DNA from: Rhizobium sp. Q54
Lineage (GTDB): Bacteria > Pseudomonadota > Alphaproteobacteria > SMXQ01
Direction: 5' to 3'
DNA length: 52,782 bases
NCBI GenBank assembly: GCA_945861615.1
Contig: CAMAVH010000004.1
Coordinates: forward strand, 1-52,782
Position numbers and translations under genes: made by a program. The notes under the pieces are model-generated. The model made no database searches. It worked only from the letters and a program-made list of their open reading frames with translations, and was not told the DNA's origin. Below, in pieces: positions 18,731 through 30,633 of the stretch (the stretch's first letter is position 1; each line of letters opens with the position of its first letter).

Positions 18731-19104
18731 TTAAATAAATTATGACGAGTAGGCGACGTGGGGCGCTACTCGGCCGGCATTCACGCGCGGTTGTGTCGCG
18801 ACGGCCTGTGTCCGGCGTCTTCGTCAAATCCTATGGGGTTAGCGGCCTCGCCAATGCGCCGTGGCTGGGCGGTCACGCGACTGCTGAAAATTACGACAAG
18901 AGCCTGACTTTACGGCGGAAAATGGCGGGAAACCGGGCCTTAGCGGTTGATCGGACAAGCGAGGGTGATAGATTAGCGCGCACCGCACCCGGCGGGATTC
19001 GACGCGTTGAAACGCTCGTGCCCCCAAGCCGGTGCTAGCGTGTTTCCGAAGGCCGCACGGCCGGCTCTCCTGCCGAAGCAAGATCTGCAAATCATCGGGC
19101 AAAA

Positions 19105-20274
<1,170 letters not shown>

Positions 20275-21153
20275 ATGTCCGTTCTGGTCGGCAAAGACAC
20301 CAAAGTCATCTGCCAAGGCTTCACCGGCGCCCAAGGCACCTTCCATTCGAAGCAGGCGATCGACTACGGCACCAAGATGGTCGGCGGCGTGACGCCCGGC
20401 AAGGGCGGCACCAAGCATCTCGACCTGCCGGTGTTCAACACGGTCGCCGAAGCGGTGCACACGACCGGCGCCAACGCGTCGGTGATCTACGTGCCGCCGC
20501 CGTTCGCGGCCGACGCCATCCTCGAGGCGATCGACGCGAAGATTCCGCTCGTGGTCTGCATCACCGAAGGCATCCCCGTGATCGACATGATCGCGGTGAA
20601 GCGCACGCTCGCCGGCTCCAAGACGCGCCTCGTCGGTCCGAACTGCCCGGGCGTCATCACGCCCGACGAATGCAAGATCGGCATCATGCCCGGCCACATC
20701 CACAGCCGTGGCAAGATCGGCATCGTCTCGCGCTCCGGCACGCTGACCTATGAAGCCGTCGCCCAGACCACGGCGGCCGGCCTCGGCCAGACCACCTGCA
20801 TCGGTATCGGCGGCGATCCGATCAACGGCACCAACTTCATCGATTGCCTGGAGATGTTCCTGGCCGACGACGAGACCCAGGGCATCATCATGATCGGCGA
20901 AATCGGCGGCTCGGCCGAAGAAGAAGCCGCCGAGATGCTCAAGGCCTCGAAAAAGAAGAAGCCGGTCGTCGGCTTCATCGCCGGCGTCACGGCCCCTCCG
21001 GGGCGCCGTATGGGCCATGCCGGCGCGATCATCTCGGGCGGCAAGGGCACCGCGGCGGACAAGATGGAGGCCATGCGTTCGGCCGGCATCACCGTCGCCG
21101 ATTCGCCGGCCAGCCTGGGCAGCGCCATGTTGAAAGTGATGACGGGCAAGTAA
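20275..21153 (+). CDS. sucD: Succinyl-CoA synthetase alpha subunit
   Basis: QGFTG, GPNCPG, RMGHAGA (phospho-His). Confidence 0.98.
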   Translation: MSVLVGKDTKVICQGFTGAQGTFHSKQAIDYGTKMVGGVTPGKGGTKHLDLPVFNTVAEAVHTTGANASVIYVPPPFAADAILEAIDAKIPLVVCITEGIPVIDMIAVKRTLAGSKTRLVGPNCPGVITPDECKIGIMPGHIHSRGKIGIVSRSGTLTYEAVAQTTAAGLGQTTCIGIGGDPINGTNFIDCLEMFLADDETQGIIMIGEIGGSAEEEAAEMLKASKKKKPVVGFIAGVTAPPGRRMGHAGAIISGGKGTAADKMEAMRSAGITVADSPASLGSAMLKVMTGK

Positions 21154-21385
21154 GCCCTGGTTAACCCTCCCGGGCCGATAATGATCGGCCCGGGCGGCGA
21201 TCCCGCGCGTTGTTTCCCATTATGGTTAACACCATATGGGACAGACAGCGTGGACGCTGCGAGTGAGTCGCAGGCACGGACAAGCGGGCCCTGACCCGTT
21301 CATCACGCTCTTTCAGGGCGATAATCGCCCGAAAAGCGCAGCAAGGCGGGTTCTCAGGGGGAACCCCAAGGTAAGCGAACCCAAG

Positions 21386-24316
21386 ATGGCGACCGAACTA
21401 CCCGACAGCATTCTTTCCGGCGGCAACAGCGCCTTCATCTTCGATCTTTACGCCCGTTGGACCGACAATCCCGGCTCGGTCGATTCCGAATGGGCGGTAT
21501 TTTTCGCCGGCCTCGGCGACGAGGCCCATGCGGCCCTGAAGGAACATCACGGCGCGAGCTGGGCGCCCAAGACCAAGCGGCCCGCAATCAACGGCGCGGC
21601 CTATGATTTCGCCCCCTGGCTCGATCCGACGCCGCCCAAGGGCGCCAAGCCCGCCGCCGGAAAAGACGGCAAGGCCAATGGCGCCGCCGCGCCGGCCGCC
21701 GCCACCGGCGTCAGCGCCGCGCAGATGCGCGCCGCCACCCTCGATTCGATCCGCGCCCTGATGCTGATCCGCGCCTATCGCGTGCGCGGCCATCTGCTCG
21801 CCGATCTCGATCCGCTGGGGCTCACGCCGCCGGCCGCCCATCCCGAGCTCGATCCCAAGTCCTACGGCTTCAACGACGCCGACTGGGACCGCCCGATCTT
21901 CATCGACAATGTGCTCGGCCTCGAGAGCGCGACGCTGCGCAAGATCATCGAAGTGCTGCGCGAGACCTATTGCGGCAAGATCGGCGTCGAATTCCTGCAT
22001 ATGCAGGATCCGGCCGAGAAAGCCTGGATCCAGGAGCGCGTCGAGCGCTCGCGCAACCGCCCCGGCCTGTCGAACGACGAGAAGAAGGCGGTGTTCAATC
22101 ATCTGACGAGCGCCGAAGGCCTCGAGAAATACTGCCAGCTCAAGTTCACCGGCACCAAGCGCTTCGGCCTCGACGGCGGCGAAGCGGTGATCCCGGCCCT
22201 CGAGGAGATCATCAACAGCTCGAGCCGCCTCGGCGTCGAGGAGATCGTCTTCGGCATGCCGCACCGCGGCCGCCTGAACGTGCTCACCAACATCATGGGC
22301 AAGTCCTTCACGGCGCTGTTCTCGGAATTCCAGGGCAATAGCTCGAACCCGGAAGAGACCGTCGGCTCGGGCGACGTGAAGTACCATCTCGGGGCCTCGG
22401 GCGATCGCGAGATCGCCGGCCAGAAGATGCATCTATCGCTCAATGCCAATCCGTCGCATCTCGAAGCGGTCGATCCGGTGGTCGTCGGCAAGGTGCGCGC
22501 CAAGCAGGCGCTGCGCGGCGATCTGGTGCGCGAAAAAGTCGTCGGCGTGCTGATGCATGGCGATGCCGCCTTCGCCGGCCAGGGCCTGGTGCCGGAAACG
22601 CTGTGCTTCGCCGGCCTGCGAGGCTATCGCTCGGGCGGCACGATCCATCTGATCGTCAACAACCAGATCGGCTTCACCACCGCGCCTTCCTATTCGCGCT
22701 TCTCGCCCTATCCGTCCGACGTGGCGAAGGGCTTCCAGGCGCCGATCTTCCACGTCAACGGCGACGATCCGGAAGCCGTCGTGCATGTGTCGCGCATCGC
22801 CAGCGAATATCGCCACATCTTCAAGAAGGACGTGGTGATCGATCTGTTCTGCTATCGCCGCCACGGCCATAACGAAGGCGACGAGCCTTCGTTCACCCAG
22901 CCGATCATGTACCGCAAGATCGCCGGCCATCCGACGGCGCCGGAAATCTACGCCAAGCGCCTGATCGCCGAAGGCGTGATGACCGAGGCCGAGACGACCG
23001 CGACGCAAAAAGCGATGCATGCGCGCCTCGACGAGGCGTTCGATGCCGCCAAGACCTACAAGCCGAACAAGGCGGACTGGTTCGAAGGCGCCTGGCGCGG
23101 CTTCGGCCGCGCCGGCAACGACGACCGCAAGGGCAACACCGCCGTCGAGACCGAGGCCTTGAAGAAGGTCGGCAAGGTCATCAGCAGCGTGCCGCCGGAC
23201 TTCAAGCTGCACTCGCGCATCCAGCGCCAGCTGCAGCAGAAGGCCGAAATGTTCGAGAGCGGCCAGGGCTTCGACTGGGCGACCGCCGAAGCGCTCGCCT
23301 TCGGCACGCTCGTGCTCGAAGGCACGCCGGTCCGCCTGTCCGGCCAGGACTCGGGGCGCGGCACCTTCTCGCAGCGCCATTCCGTGCTGGTCGATCAGCA
23401 GACCGAAGAGCGCTACGTGCCGCTGATGCATGTCGACGCCAAGCAGGCGCAGTACGAAGTGGTCGATAGCCCCCTGTCGGAAGCCGGCGTGCTCGGCTTC
23501 GAATACGGCTATTCGGTCACCGATCCCAATTCGCTGGTGCTGTGGGAAGCGCAGTTCGGCGATTTCGCCAACGGCGCCCAGGTCATCGTCGACCAGTTCA
23601 TCTCGTCGTCGGAAAGCAAATGGCTGCGCATGAGCGGCCTGGTGATGCTGCTGCCGCACGGCTACGAAGGCCAGGGCCCCGAACATTCGTCGGCCCGCCT
23701 CGAGCGCTATCTGCAGCTCTGCGCCGAAGACAATATGCAGGTCGCCTATTGCTCGACGCCGGCGAACTACTATCACGTGCTGCGCCGCCAGGTGCGCCGC
23801 AACTTCCGCAAGCCGCTCGTCATCATGACGCCGAAGTCTCTGCTGCGTCATAAGCTTTGCGTCTCGACGCTCGCGGACTTCGGCCCGGGCACCAGCTTCC
23901 ACCGCGTCATCGGCGAGACCAACCAGCTGGTGGCCGACGCCGAGGTGAAGCGCGTCGTGCTCTGCACCGGCAAGGTCTACTACGATCTCTGGCAGGAGCG
24001 CGAGAATCGCGGCCTGAAAGACGTCGCCATCGTCCGCGTCGAACAGCTGCATCCCTTCCCGGCGGGCACGCTCGCCCTCGAACTTGGCCGCTATGCCAAT
24101 GCCGAGGTCGTGTGGTGCCAGGAAGAGCCGCAGAACATGGGCGCCTGGACCTTCGTCGATCGCCGCATCGAAGCGGTGCTGACCGGCCTGAAGGTAAAAG
24201 CCAAGCGACCGATCTACGCCGGCCGTCCGGAAGCCGCCTCGCCGGCCACCGGTTTGCTGCGCCGCCACAATCGCGAACAGGCGCAGTTGGTGGACGAGGC
24301 GTTGACGGTGAAATAA
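21386..24316 (+). CDS. sucA: 2-oxoglutarate dehydrogenase E1
   Basis: GMPHRGRLN, DVKYHLG, HGDAAFAGQG, WEAQFGDFANGAQ; probable start ATG 21386. Confidence 0.97.
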   Translation: MATELPDSILSGGNSAFIFDLYARWTDNPGSVDSEWAVFFAGLGDEAHAALKEHHGASWAPKTKRPAINGAAYDFAPWLDPTPPKGAKPAAGKDGKANGAAAPAAATGVSAAQMRAATLDSIRALMLIRAYRVRGHLLADLDPLGLTPPAAHPELDPKSYGFNDADWDRPIFIDNVLGLESATLRKIIEVLRETYCGKIGVEFLHMQDPAEKAWIQERVERSRNRPGLSNDEKKAVFNHLTSAEGLEKYCQLKFTGTKRFGLDGGEAVIPALEEIINSSSRLGVEEIVFGMPHRGRLNVLTNIMGKSFTALFSEFQGNSSNPEETVGSGDVKYHLGASGDREIAGQKMHLSLNANPSHLEAVDPVVVGKVRAKQALRGDLVREKVVGVLMHGDAAFAGQGLVPETLCFAGLRGYRSGGTIHLIVNNQIGFTTAPSYSRFSPYPSDVAKGFQAPIFHVNGDDPEAVVHVSRIASEYRHIFKKDVVIDLFCYRRHGHNEGDEPSFTQPIMYRKIAGHPTAPEIYAKRLIAEGVMTEAETTATQKAMHARLDEAFDAAKTYKPNKADWFEGAWRGFGRAGNDDRKGNTAVETEALKKVGKVISSVPPDFKLHSRIQRQLQQKAEMFESGQGFDWATAEALAFGTLVLEGTPVRLSGQDSGRGTFSQRHSVLVDQQTEERYVPLMHVDAKQAQYEVVDSPLSEAGVLGFEYGYSVTDPNSLVLWEAQFGDFANGAQVIVDQFISSSESKWLRMSGLVMLLPHGYEGQGPEHSSARLERYLQLCAEDNMQVAYCSTPANYYHVLRRQVRRNFRKPLVIMTPKSLLRHKLCVSTLADFGPGTSFHRVIGETNQLVADAEVKRVVLCTGKVYYDLWQERENRGLKDVAIVRVEQLHPFPAGTLALELGRYANAEVVWCQEEPQNMGAWTFVDRRIEAVLTGLKVKAKRPIYAGRPEAASPATGLLRRHNREQAQLVDEALTVK

Positions 24317-24458
24317 TCTCCGCTCGTCGGAATCGCCGCAGCCGCGGCGGTTTCGCGGGCTTGTTCAAGGCCCCGCGCAGGTCGCGCGGGAAATAACGAA
24401 AAGCTCCAGGCGATGCGGATCATGACCCTCCGCGCGCCGCACATAGGTGAAAGAAACA

Positions 24459-25724
24459 ATGGCTGTTGATATCGTCGTGCCCACGCTGGGCGAATCGGTG
24501 ACCGAAGCGACCGTCGCGAAATGGTACAAGGCGGCGGGCGACCGCGTGGAGATCGACGAGCCGCTCGTCGAGCTCGAGACCGACAAGGTCGCCGTCGAGG
24601 TCAACGCCCAGGCCGCCGGCGTCATCGACGAAATTCTCGTGCCGACGGGCGGCGAAGTCGCCGTCGGCGCCGTGCTCGGCCGCATCGCCGAAGGCGGCGC
24701 CGCCAAGGCCGCGCCGAAGCCCGCCGCCGCGCCCGCTCCGGCCGCCGCGCCCGCCGCCGCAGCGCCGGCTCCCGTTGCCGCGGCGCCCGCGAGCGTCCCG
24801 GCCGATGCGCCGCTCGCGCCCGCCGTGCGCAAGTTGATCGAGGAGAACAATCTCGATCCGGCCAAGATCAAGGCGAGCGGCAAAGATGGCCGCTTGACCA
24901 AGGAAGACGTGCTGACGCATCTCGAAAAGGCCGCCGCCGCGCCGGCCGCAAGCCCCGCGCCGAAGATCGCCGCGCCGGCCGCCGTCTCGATGCTGGCGCC
25001 CGCCGCGCCCCAGGCCGGCATGGGCGTCCGCGAAGAGCGCGTCAAGATGACGCGCCTGCGCCGCCGCATCGCCGAGCGCCTCAAGGAAGCCCAGAACACC
25101 GCCGCCATGCTCACCACCTTCAACGAGGTGGACATGACCAACGTGATGGCGCTGCGCAACAGCTACAAGGACCAGTTCGAGAAGCGCCACGGCATAAAGC
25201 TCGGCTTCATGAGCTTCTTCGTGAAGGCGGCGATCGCCGCGCTCAAGGAAATCCCCGAGGTCAATGCCGAGATCCAGGGCGACGAGCTCGTCTATAAGAA
25301 CTACTACGACGTCGGCGTCGCCGTCGGCACCGAGAACGGCCTGGTCGTTCCCGTGCTGCGCAATGCCGACCAGATGGGCCTCGCCGATGTCGAGAAGGCC
25401 ATCGCCGGCTTCGGCCGCAAGGCGCGCGACGGCAAGCTGACGATCGACGACATGACCGGCGGCACCTTCACCATCTCGAATGGCGGCATTTACGGCTCGC
25501 TGCTGTCGACGCCGATCCTGAACACGCCGCAGTCGGGCATTCTCGGCATGCACAAGATCCAGGAGCGCCCCATCGTCGTCGCCGGCAAGATCGAAATCCG
25601 CCCGATGATGTATCTCGCGCTGTCCTACGACCATCGCATCGTCGACGGCCGCGAGGCCGTCACCTTCCTGGTGCGCCTGAAGGATTGCATCGAAGACCCG
25701 AGCCGCTTGCTGCTTGAGGTCTAA
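24459..25724 (+). CDS. sucB: Dihydrolipoamide succinyltransferase E2
   Basis: Lipoyl domain ETDKV, Ala/Pro linkers, [10 protein letters not shown]; ATG 24459. Confidence 0.97.
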   Translation: MAVDIVVPTLGESVTEATVAKWYKAAGDRVEIDEPLVELETDKVAVEVNAQAAGVIDEILVPTGGEVAVGAVLGRIAEGGAAKAAPKPAAAPAPAAAPAAAAPAPVAAAPASVPADAPLAPAVRKLIEENNLDPAKIKASGKDGRLTKEDVLTHLEKAAAAPAASPAPKIAAPAAVSMLAPAAPQAGMGVREERVKMTRLRRRIAERLKEAQNTAAMLTTFNEVDMTNVMALRNSYKDQFEKRHGIKLGFMSFFVKAAIAALKEIPEVNAEIQGDELVYKNYYDVGVAVGTENGLVVPVLRNADQMGLADVEKAIAGFGRKARDGKLTIDDMTGGTFTISNGGIYGSLLSTPILNTPQSGILGMHKIQERPIVVAGKIEIRPMMYLALSYDHRIVDGREAVTFLVRLKDCIEDPSRLLLEV

Positions 25725-25824
25725 GCGCCTCGCTTCGTGAATATCTGCGCCCTGCCGATTGCCCTGATGAGCGTTGGTAGGGCGCAGTCGTCTCAGCCCC
25801 ATCTTCCGCATTAGGATCGCCCCC

Positions 25825-27252
25825 ATGCCTGATACTCAATCTGGCCAACCCACCTCCTTCGATCTCGTCATCATCGGCTCCGGCCCCGGCGGCTATGTCT
25901 GCGCCGTGCGCGCGGCCCAGCTCGGCCTCAAGACGGCCATCGTCGAGAAGCGCGAGACGCTCGGCGGCACCTGCCTCAACGTCGGCTGCATTCCCTCCAA
26001 GGCGATGCTGCAGGCCTCCGAGAAGTTCGAGGAAGCCGCCCATCATCTCGCCGCCTTCGGCGTCAAGGTCGGCAAGCCGGAGCTCGATTTCGCCGGCTTC
26101 ATGGCGCACAAGGACAAGACGGTGAAGTCGAACGTCGACGGCGTCGCCTTCCTGATGAAGAAGAACAAGATCGAATGGTTCAAGGGCGCCGGCGCGCTCG
26201 CCGGCGACGGCAAAGTGAACGTCGCGCTCAACGCCGGCGGCACGACGGTGCTGACGGCGAAGCATATCGTGCTCGCCACCGGCTCGGACGTCGTCTCGCT
26301 GCCCGGCATCGCCATCGACGAGAAGACCATCATCTCATCGACCGGCGCGCTGTCGCTTGCCGCCGTTCCCAAGCGCCTCGTCGTCATCGGCGGCGGCGTG
26401 ATCGGCCTTGAATTGGGCTCGGTCTGGCAGCGCCTCGGGTCTGAGGTGACGGTGGTGGAATTCCTCGACCGCATCCTGCCGCCGATGGACGGCGAAGTGT
26501 CCAAGTCGATGCAGAAGATTCTCGCCAAGCAGGGCATGGCCTTCAAGCTCTCGACCAAGGTGACCTCGGCGAAAGCCGGCGCCAAGGGCGTGACCCTGAC
26601 GCTCGAAGCGGCGGCCGGCGGCAGCGCCGAAACGCTCGAAGCCGACGTTGTGCTGGTGGCCGTCGGCCGCAAGCCTTACGTCGAGGGCCTCGGTCTTGAG
26701 GCGGCGGGCGTGAAGCTCGATAGCCGCGGCCGCATCGAAACGGACGGCCATTTCAAGACCAACGTGCCGGGCATCTACGCCATCGGCGACGTTATCATCG
26801 GCGCCATGCTGGCGCATAAGGCCGAGGACGAAGGCGTCGCTCTGGCCGAGCGTCTCGCCGGCCAGGCCGGCCATGTGAACTACGACGCGATCCCGAGCGT
26901 CGTCTATACCGCGCCGGAAGTCGCCGCCATCGGCAAGACCGAGGAAGAGCTGAAGGCCGCCGGCGTCGCCTACAAGGTCGGCAAGTTCCCCTATATGGCG
27001 AACGGCCGTGCCCGCGCCATGAACGCAACCGACGGCTTCGTGAAAATTCTCGCCGACGCCAAGAGCGACCGCGTGCTCGGCTGCCATATCGTCGGCGCCG
27101 ACGCCGGCCATCTGATCGCCGAGATTGCGGTCGGCATGGAGTTCGGCGCGTCGGCCGAAGACATCGCGCGCACCTGCCACGCCCATCCGACCCTGTCGGA
27201 GAGCGTGAAAGAAGCGGCCCTCTCGGTCGCCGGCCGCGCGATTCATATGTGA
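25825..27252 (+). CDS. lpdA: Dihydrolipoamide dehydrogenase E3
   Basis: GSGPGG, GGTCLNVGCIPSK, HAHPTLSE; ATG 25825. Confidence 0.97.
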   Translation: MPDTQSGQPTSFDLVIIGSGPGGYVCAVRAAQLGLKTAIVEKRETLGGTCLNVGCIPSKAMLQASEKFEEAAHHLAAFGVKVGKPELDFAGFMAHKDKTVKSNVDGVAFLMKKNKIEWFKGAGALAGDGKVNVALNAGGTTVLTAKHIVLATGSDVVSLPGIAIDEKTIISSTGALSLAAVPKRLVVIGGGVIGLELGSVWQRLGSEVTVVEFLDRILPPMDGEVSKSMQKILAKQGMAFKLSTKVTSAKAGAKGVTLTLEAAAGGSAETLEADVVLVAVGRKPYVEGLGLEAAGVKLDSRGRIETDGHFKTNVPGIYAIGDVIIGAMLAHKAEDEGVALAERLAGQAGHVNYDAIPSVVYTAPEVAAIGKTEEELKAAGVAYKVGKFPYMANGRARAMNATDGFVKILADAKSDRVLGCHIVGADAGHLIAEIAVGMEFGASAEDIARTCHAHPTLSESVKEAALSVAGRAIHM

Positions 27253-27271
27253 TGCGTCAGCCAAGCCCAGC

Positions 27272-27574
27272 ATGACCCGCCCGGCCTGGCTGACCGCCCA
27301 GCTCAAGCGCAAGCTCTACCTGATCGCCGGGACGTTCTTCGTCATCCTCGGCGTGCTCGGCCTGTTCCTGCCGATCCTGCAGGGCGTGCTGTTCCTGTTC
27401 GTCGGCTTGGTGCTGCTGTCGAAGGGCTCGTCGCGCGTGCGCGCGCTGAAGCAGAAGTTCAAGCGGCGCTATCCCAAATGGGGCGCGAAGATCGAGCAAG
27501 CCGAAGCCTGGGCTAAAGAGATGCCGCCGCGCGCGAAGGCCCGCATCAAGCGCTGGTTCGTCAAACAGCCCTAG
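27272..27574 (+). CDS. Small membrane protein (DUF454/PGPGW-like)
   Basis: Hydrophobic hairpin 'ILGVLGLFLPILQGVLFLFVGL' followed by a basic tail; host-like codon usage. Confidence 0.7.
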   Translation: MTRPAWLTAQLKRKLYLIAGTFFVILGVLGLFLPILQGVLFLFVGLVLLSKGSSRVRALKQKFKRRYPKWGAKIEQAEAWAKEMPPRAKARIKRWFVKQP

Positions 27575-28029
27575 CGGCTGTAAAGCCGCTCGAGAATATC
27601 GGTGATGGCGATGATGTCGCGCACCGTGCTCTTGGCGTCCACCAGCATCACCTTGTCGCCGGCGATCAGGCGCAGCAGCGTCGGGCGCAGCGGCAAGCTG
27701 CGCTCCAACTCGGCCGGCAGGCCCTTCTTGGCGACGCCCGGCGGCAGCGGCGCGTTGACGCGGATGGCGCGCGCCAGGCCCGGCGGCAATTCGTCTTTGC
27801 GGGGCAGGCCGGCCGGCACGCCGCCGCCCTTGCCGCGATTGGCCCGCGCCCGTTCCACTTCCATCCGATAGTAGTCGCGGATGATCTGCGTCTCGCGTTG
27901 ATCGAATTGCGCTGCTTGCGCCAGGGCGGCGCGGCCGAACAGCGGCGGCAGGAGCGCCAAGACGGCGACGGCGCCAAAAGCGCGGAAAGCTCCCTGCAGG
28001 ACATGGCGGCGGGTGACGGCATCGGTCAT
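27571..28029 (-). CDS. Exported RcnB/CigR-like protein with twin-arginine-like signal
   Basis: GGAG RBS; MTDAVTRRHVL signal; 'IIRDYY' and LPPGLA/LPPGVAK repeats resemble this family. Confidence 0.6.
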   Translation of the reverse strand: MTDAVTRRHVLQGAFRAFGAVAVLALLPPLFGRAALAQAAQFDQRETQIIRDYYRMEVERARANRGKGGGVPAGLPRKDELPPGLARAIRVNAPLPPGVAKKGLPAELERSLPLRPTLLRLIAGDKVMLVDAKSTVRDIIAITDILERLYSR

Positions 28030-28056
28030 CAGGCGTCTCCTCAATCGGCGCGCGGC

Positions 28057-29013
28057 CTAACGCGCGCGGGGGTGAGCGGCACGGTAAACGTCGAGCAGTT
28101 TTGCCGAATCGACGGCGGTATAGCGTTGCGTGGTCGAGAGCGAGGCATGGCCGAGCAGCTCTTGGATCGTGCGCAGATCGCCGCCGCCGCCGAGCAGATG
28201 GGTGGCGAAGGAATGACGCAGCGCATGGGGCGTCGCCGTCTCCGGCAGATTGAGCGCGCGCCGCAGGCTGCGCATTTCCTTCTGCACGATGGCCGGATCG
28301 AGCGCCTTGCCGCGCGCGCCGAGAAACAAGGGGTCGTTGTCGCCGCCGGCATAGGGGCATGCGGCGAGATAGTCGCGCGCCGCCTCGGCCACCACCGGCA
28401 GCACCGGCACCATGCGGTCCTTGCTGCCCTTGCCGCGCACCGTCATCGATCCCTTGGCCATATCGGCGACGCGCGCGCGCGAAAGACCCAGGGCTTCGCC
28501 GATGCGCAGGCCGCAGCCGTAGAGCAGCAGCAGCACGGCGGCGTCGCGCTTGGCGATCCACGGCTCCTTGGCCATCGCGCCGACATTCGCCATCACCTCG
28601 CGGGCGCCCTGTTCGCTTAAGGGTTTGGGCGCCGACTGCGGCAGCTTCGGCGTGCGCACGGCGCGCACGGCGGGATTGCTGAGAAGATCGCGCTTCTCCA
28701 GGCGGCGGAAGAAGCCGCGCACGGTCGACATGGCGCGCGCCGTCGAGCTTTTCGCCAGGCCGTCGCGCGCGCGCTTGGCGAGCCAAGCGCGAAAGTCCGC
28801 CGCCTTCAAGCCGGCAAGATCGGGCAACGACGGATCGCCGCCGAGATGCTCGGCGAGAAAGCCGAGAAAGCCGGCGAGATCGGTTTCATAGGCTTCGATG
28901 GTGTGGGGCGAAGCGCGGCGTTCGTCGGCAAGCCAGGCGCGCCAATCGGCCAGCGCGCCGGCGAGCGCCGGATCGCGCACCGTCAGGGTCAATCGCGCGG
29001 CAGACCCAGCCAT
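28057..29013 (-). CDS. xerC: Tyrosine recombinase XerC
   Basis: YGCGLRIGE, GKG, TPHALRHSFATH, LGH, TQRY catalytic residues; follows DUF484. Alternative TTG start at 28992 overlaps the DUF484 stop. Confidence 0.9.
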   Translation of the reverse strand: MAGSAARLTLTVRDPALAGALADWRAWLADERRASPHTIEAYETDLAGFLGFLAEHLGGDPSLPDLAGLKAADFRAWLAKRARDGLAKSSTARAMSTVRGFFRRLEKRDLLSNPAVRAVRTPKLPQSAPKPLSEQGAREVMANVGAMAKEPWIAKRDAAVLLLLYGCGLRIGEALGLSRARVADMAKGSMTVRGKGSKDRMVPVLPVVAEAARDYLAACPYAGGDNDPLFLGARGKALDPAIVQKEMRSLRRALNLPETATPHALRHSFATHLLGGGGDLRTIQELLGHASLSTTQRYTAVDSAKLLDVYRAAHPRAR

Positions 29014-29780
29014 GTGCGGATGCAAAGCTCGAGGATGCGCGCCAGGAAGCCGAGCAATTCGGTGCCTTGGCTGACGTCGAAGCGGCCTTCATGGCGCGAG
29101 CCGAGCGCGAGAAGGCCGGTCGGCGAGGTCGCCGACGGGCGCAGGCGCAGCAGCGCCTCGGAGCGCACGAGGGTGGCGCCGCCGCCATAGACCGGGTTGT
29201 GGCTGCGCAAGACGGGCAGCAATTGGATGTCGCGGCCATGGCCGAGGATCTCGTCGACCTCGCCGGGCGCCAGAATATGCACGCCGGCGACGTCGTTGTG
29301 ATGGTGGCCCGCCGGCGCTTCGACGCAGAGCGCGACGACGTCGACGTCGAGCAGCACGGCGAGATCGGTGGTGATCGCCTGGATCAGATTCTCGAAGGTG
29401 GTGGCTTCGAGCAGCGCCAGGATGCCGGCATGGATGCGCTGCTGGCTCGACATGTTGGCGCGGCTGGTGGCGAGCAGTTCGGCCTGCAGGGTGGCGAGAC
29501 GGGCGTTCTCGCCGCGCAAACGATCGACGACGGCCGATTGCAGATCGACGACGGCGCCTTTTCCACGTTGCGTGCCGAAGCGCGCCGGAATCTTCAGCGT
29601 CTCGAGCAACTCGGGGTAATCGCCGAGAAACTCGGGATGGCGGCGCAGATAGCTCGCGACATGATCGGCCGAGACGGCCTGGGCGAATTTTTCTTCGCGT
29701 TCGGCACGCGCGTCCGCCGTCTCGCCCGCATCTTTCGAGGGGGCGAGATCCGCCGGCAGATCGCGCGGGCCGCGGGTCAT
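28989..29780 (-). CDS. DUF484 (YigA-like) protein
   Basis: VASYLRRHPEF, VVDLQ, LLALGS...F..SQGTELLGFLA; canonical position upstream of xerC. Confidence 0.85.
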   Translation of the reverse strand: MTRGPRDLPADLAPSKDAGETADARAEREEKFAQAVSADHVASYLRRHPEFLGDYPELLETLKIPARFGTQRGKGAVVDLQSAVVDRLRGENARLATLQAELLATSRANMSSQQRIHAGILALLEATTFENLIQAITTDLAVLLDVDVVALCVEAPAGHHHNDVAGVHILAPGEVDEILGHGRDIQLLPVLRSHNPVYGGGATLVRSEALLRLRPSATSPTGLLALGSRHEGRFDVSQGTELLGFLARILELCIRTWLGLPRD

Positions 29781-30484
29781 TACTCGGCCGCGGCGGAACC
29801 CGCCGCCTTGTTGGGGCCCGCCGTATCATCGAGAATCGACTGGCCGGTCTTCGCCCAGTCGGCGAGGAAGGAGGACAGGCCCTTGTCGGTCAGGGGATGC
29901 TGATAGAGCTGGCGGATCACCGAGCCGGGCAGCGTCGCGACATGGGCGCCGAGTTTGGCGGCGGCGATCAGATGCACCGGATGGCGAATCGAAGCGACCA
30001 GCACTTCGGTTTTGAAGGCGGGGTACTGCTTGTAGATCTGGCAAATGTCGGCGATCAGCTGCATGCCGTCCTGGCTGATGTCGTCGAGCCGGCCGACGAA
30101 GGGCGAGATGAAGGTCGCGCCCGCCTTGGCGGCGAGGATCGCCTGGCCGGCGGAGAAGCAGAGCGTGACGTTGACCTGGCGGCCTTCGTCGGTCAGCACC
30201 TTGCAGGTCTTGAGGCCATCGGGCGTCAGCGGCACCTTCACGGTGACGTTGGGCGCGATGGCGGCGAGCTTGCGGCCTTCGGCCAGCATGGTCGCGTGAT
30301 CGGTCGAGACCGCTTCGGCGCTCACCGGGCCGGGCACGATGTCGCAAATCTCGGCGATCACGTCGAGCATCTTGCGACCGCTCTTGGCGATCAGCGTCGG
30401 GTTGGTGGTCACGCCGTCGAGCAGGCCGGTCGCCGCCAGTTCGCGGATGTCCTTGGTGTCGGCGGTATCGATGAAGAATTTCAT
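29780..30484 (-). CDS. tal: Transaldolase (FSA/TalC-type small family)
   Basis: [18 protein letters not shown] Schiff-base Lys; SAE Glu and ISPFVGR Phe favour transaldolase over fructose-6-phosphate aldolase. Confidence 0.88.
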   Translation of the reverse strand: MKFFIDTADTKDIRELAATGLLDGVTTNPTLIAKSGRKMLDVIAEICDIVPGPVSAEAVSTDHATMLAEGRKLAAIAPNVTVKVPLTPDGLKTCKVLTDEGRQVNVTLCFSAGQAILAAKAGATFISPFVGRLDDISQDGMQLIADICQIYKQYPAFKTEVLVASIRHPVHLIAAAKLGAHVATLPGSVIRQLYQHPLTDKGLSSFLADWAKTGQSILDDTAGPNKAAGSAAAE

Positions 30485-30633
30485 GTGGAAGGCTCTGCTT
30501 GGCGATGAAGGGTTCGGCGATCAGGGGCGGGTGGGCGCATCGGCGGGCTTTGCCAGCTGCGCGCGTGATAAGCTATGGATCATGGCGCGAGGCCGCATGG
30601 CCTCCGCTGCGAAGCCCGACTAGAGTGTATCCC

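Noticed and set aside
28057-29013. Tyrosine recombinase as a phage or island integrase
   Set aside because: Size, motifs and DUF484 linkage indicate housekeeping XerC; no att repeats or cargo.
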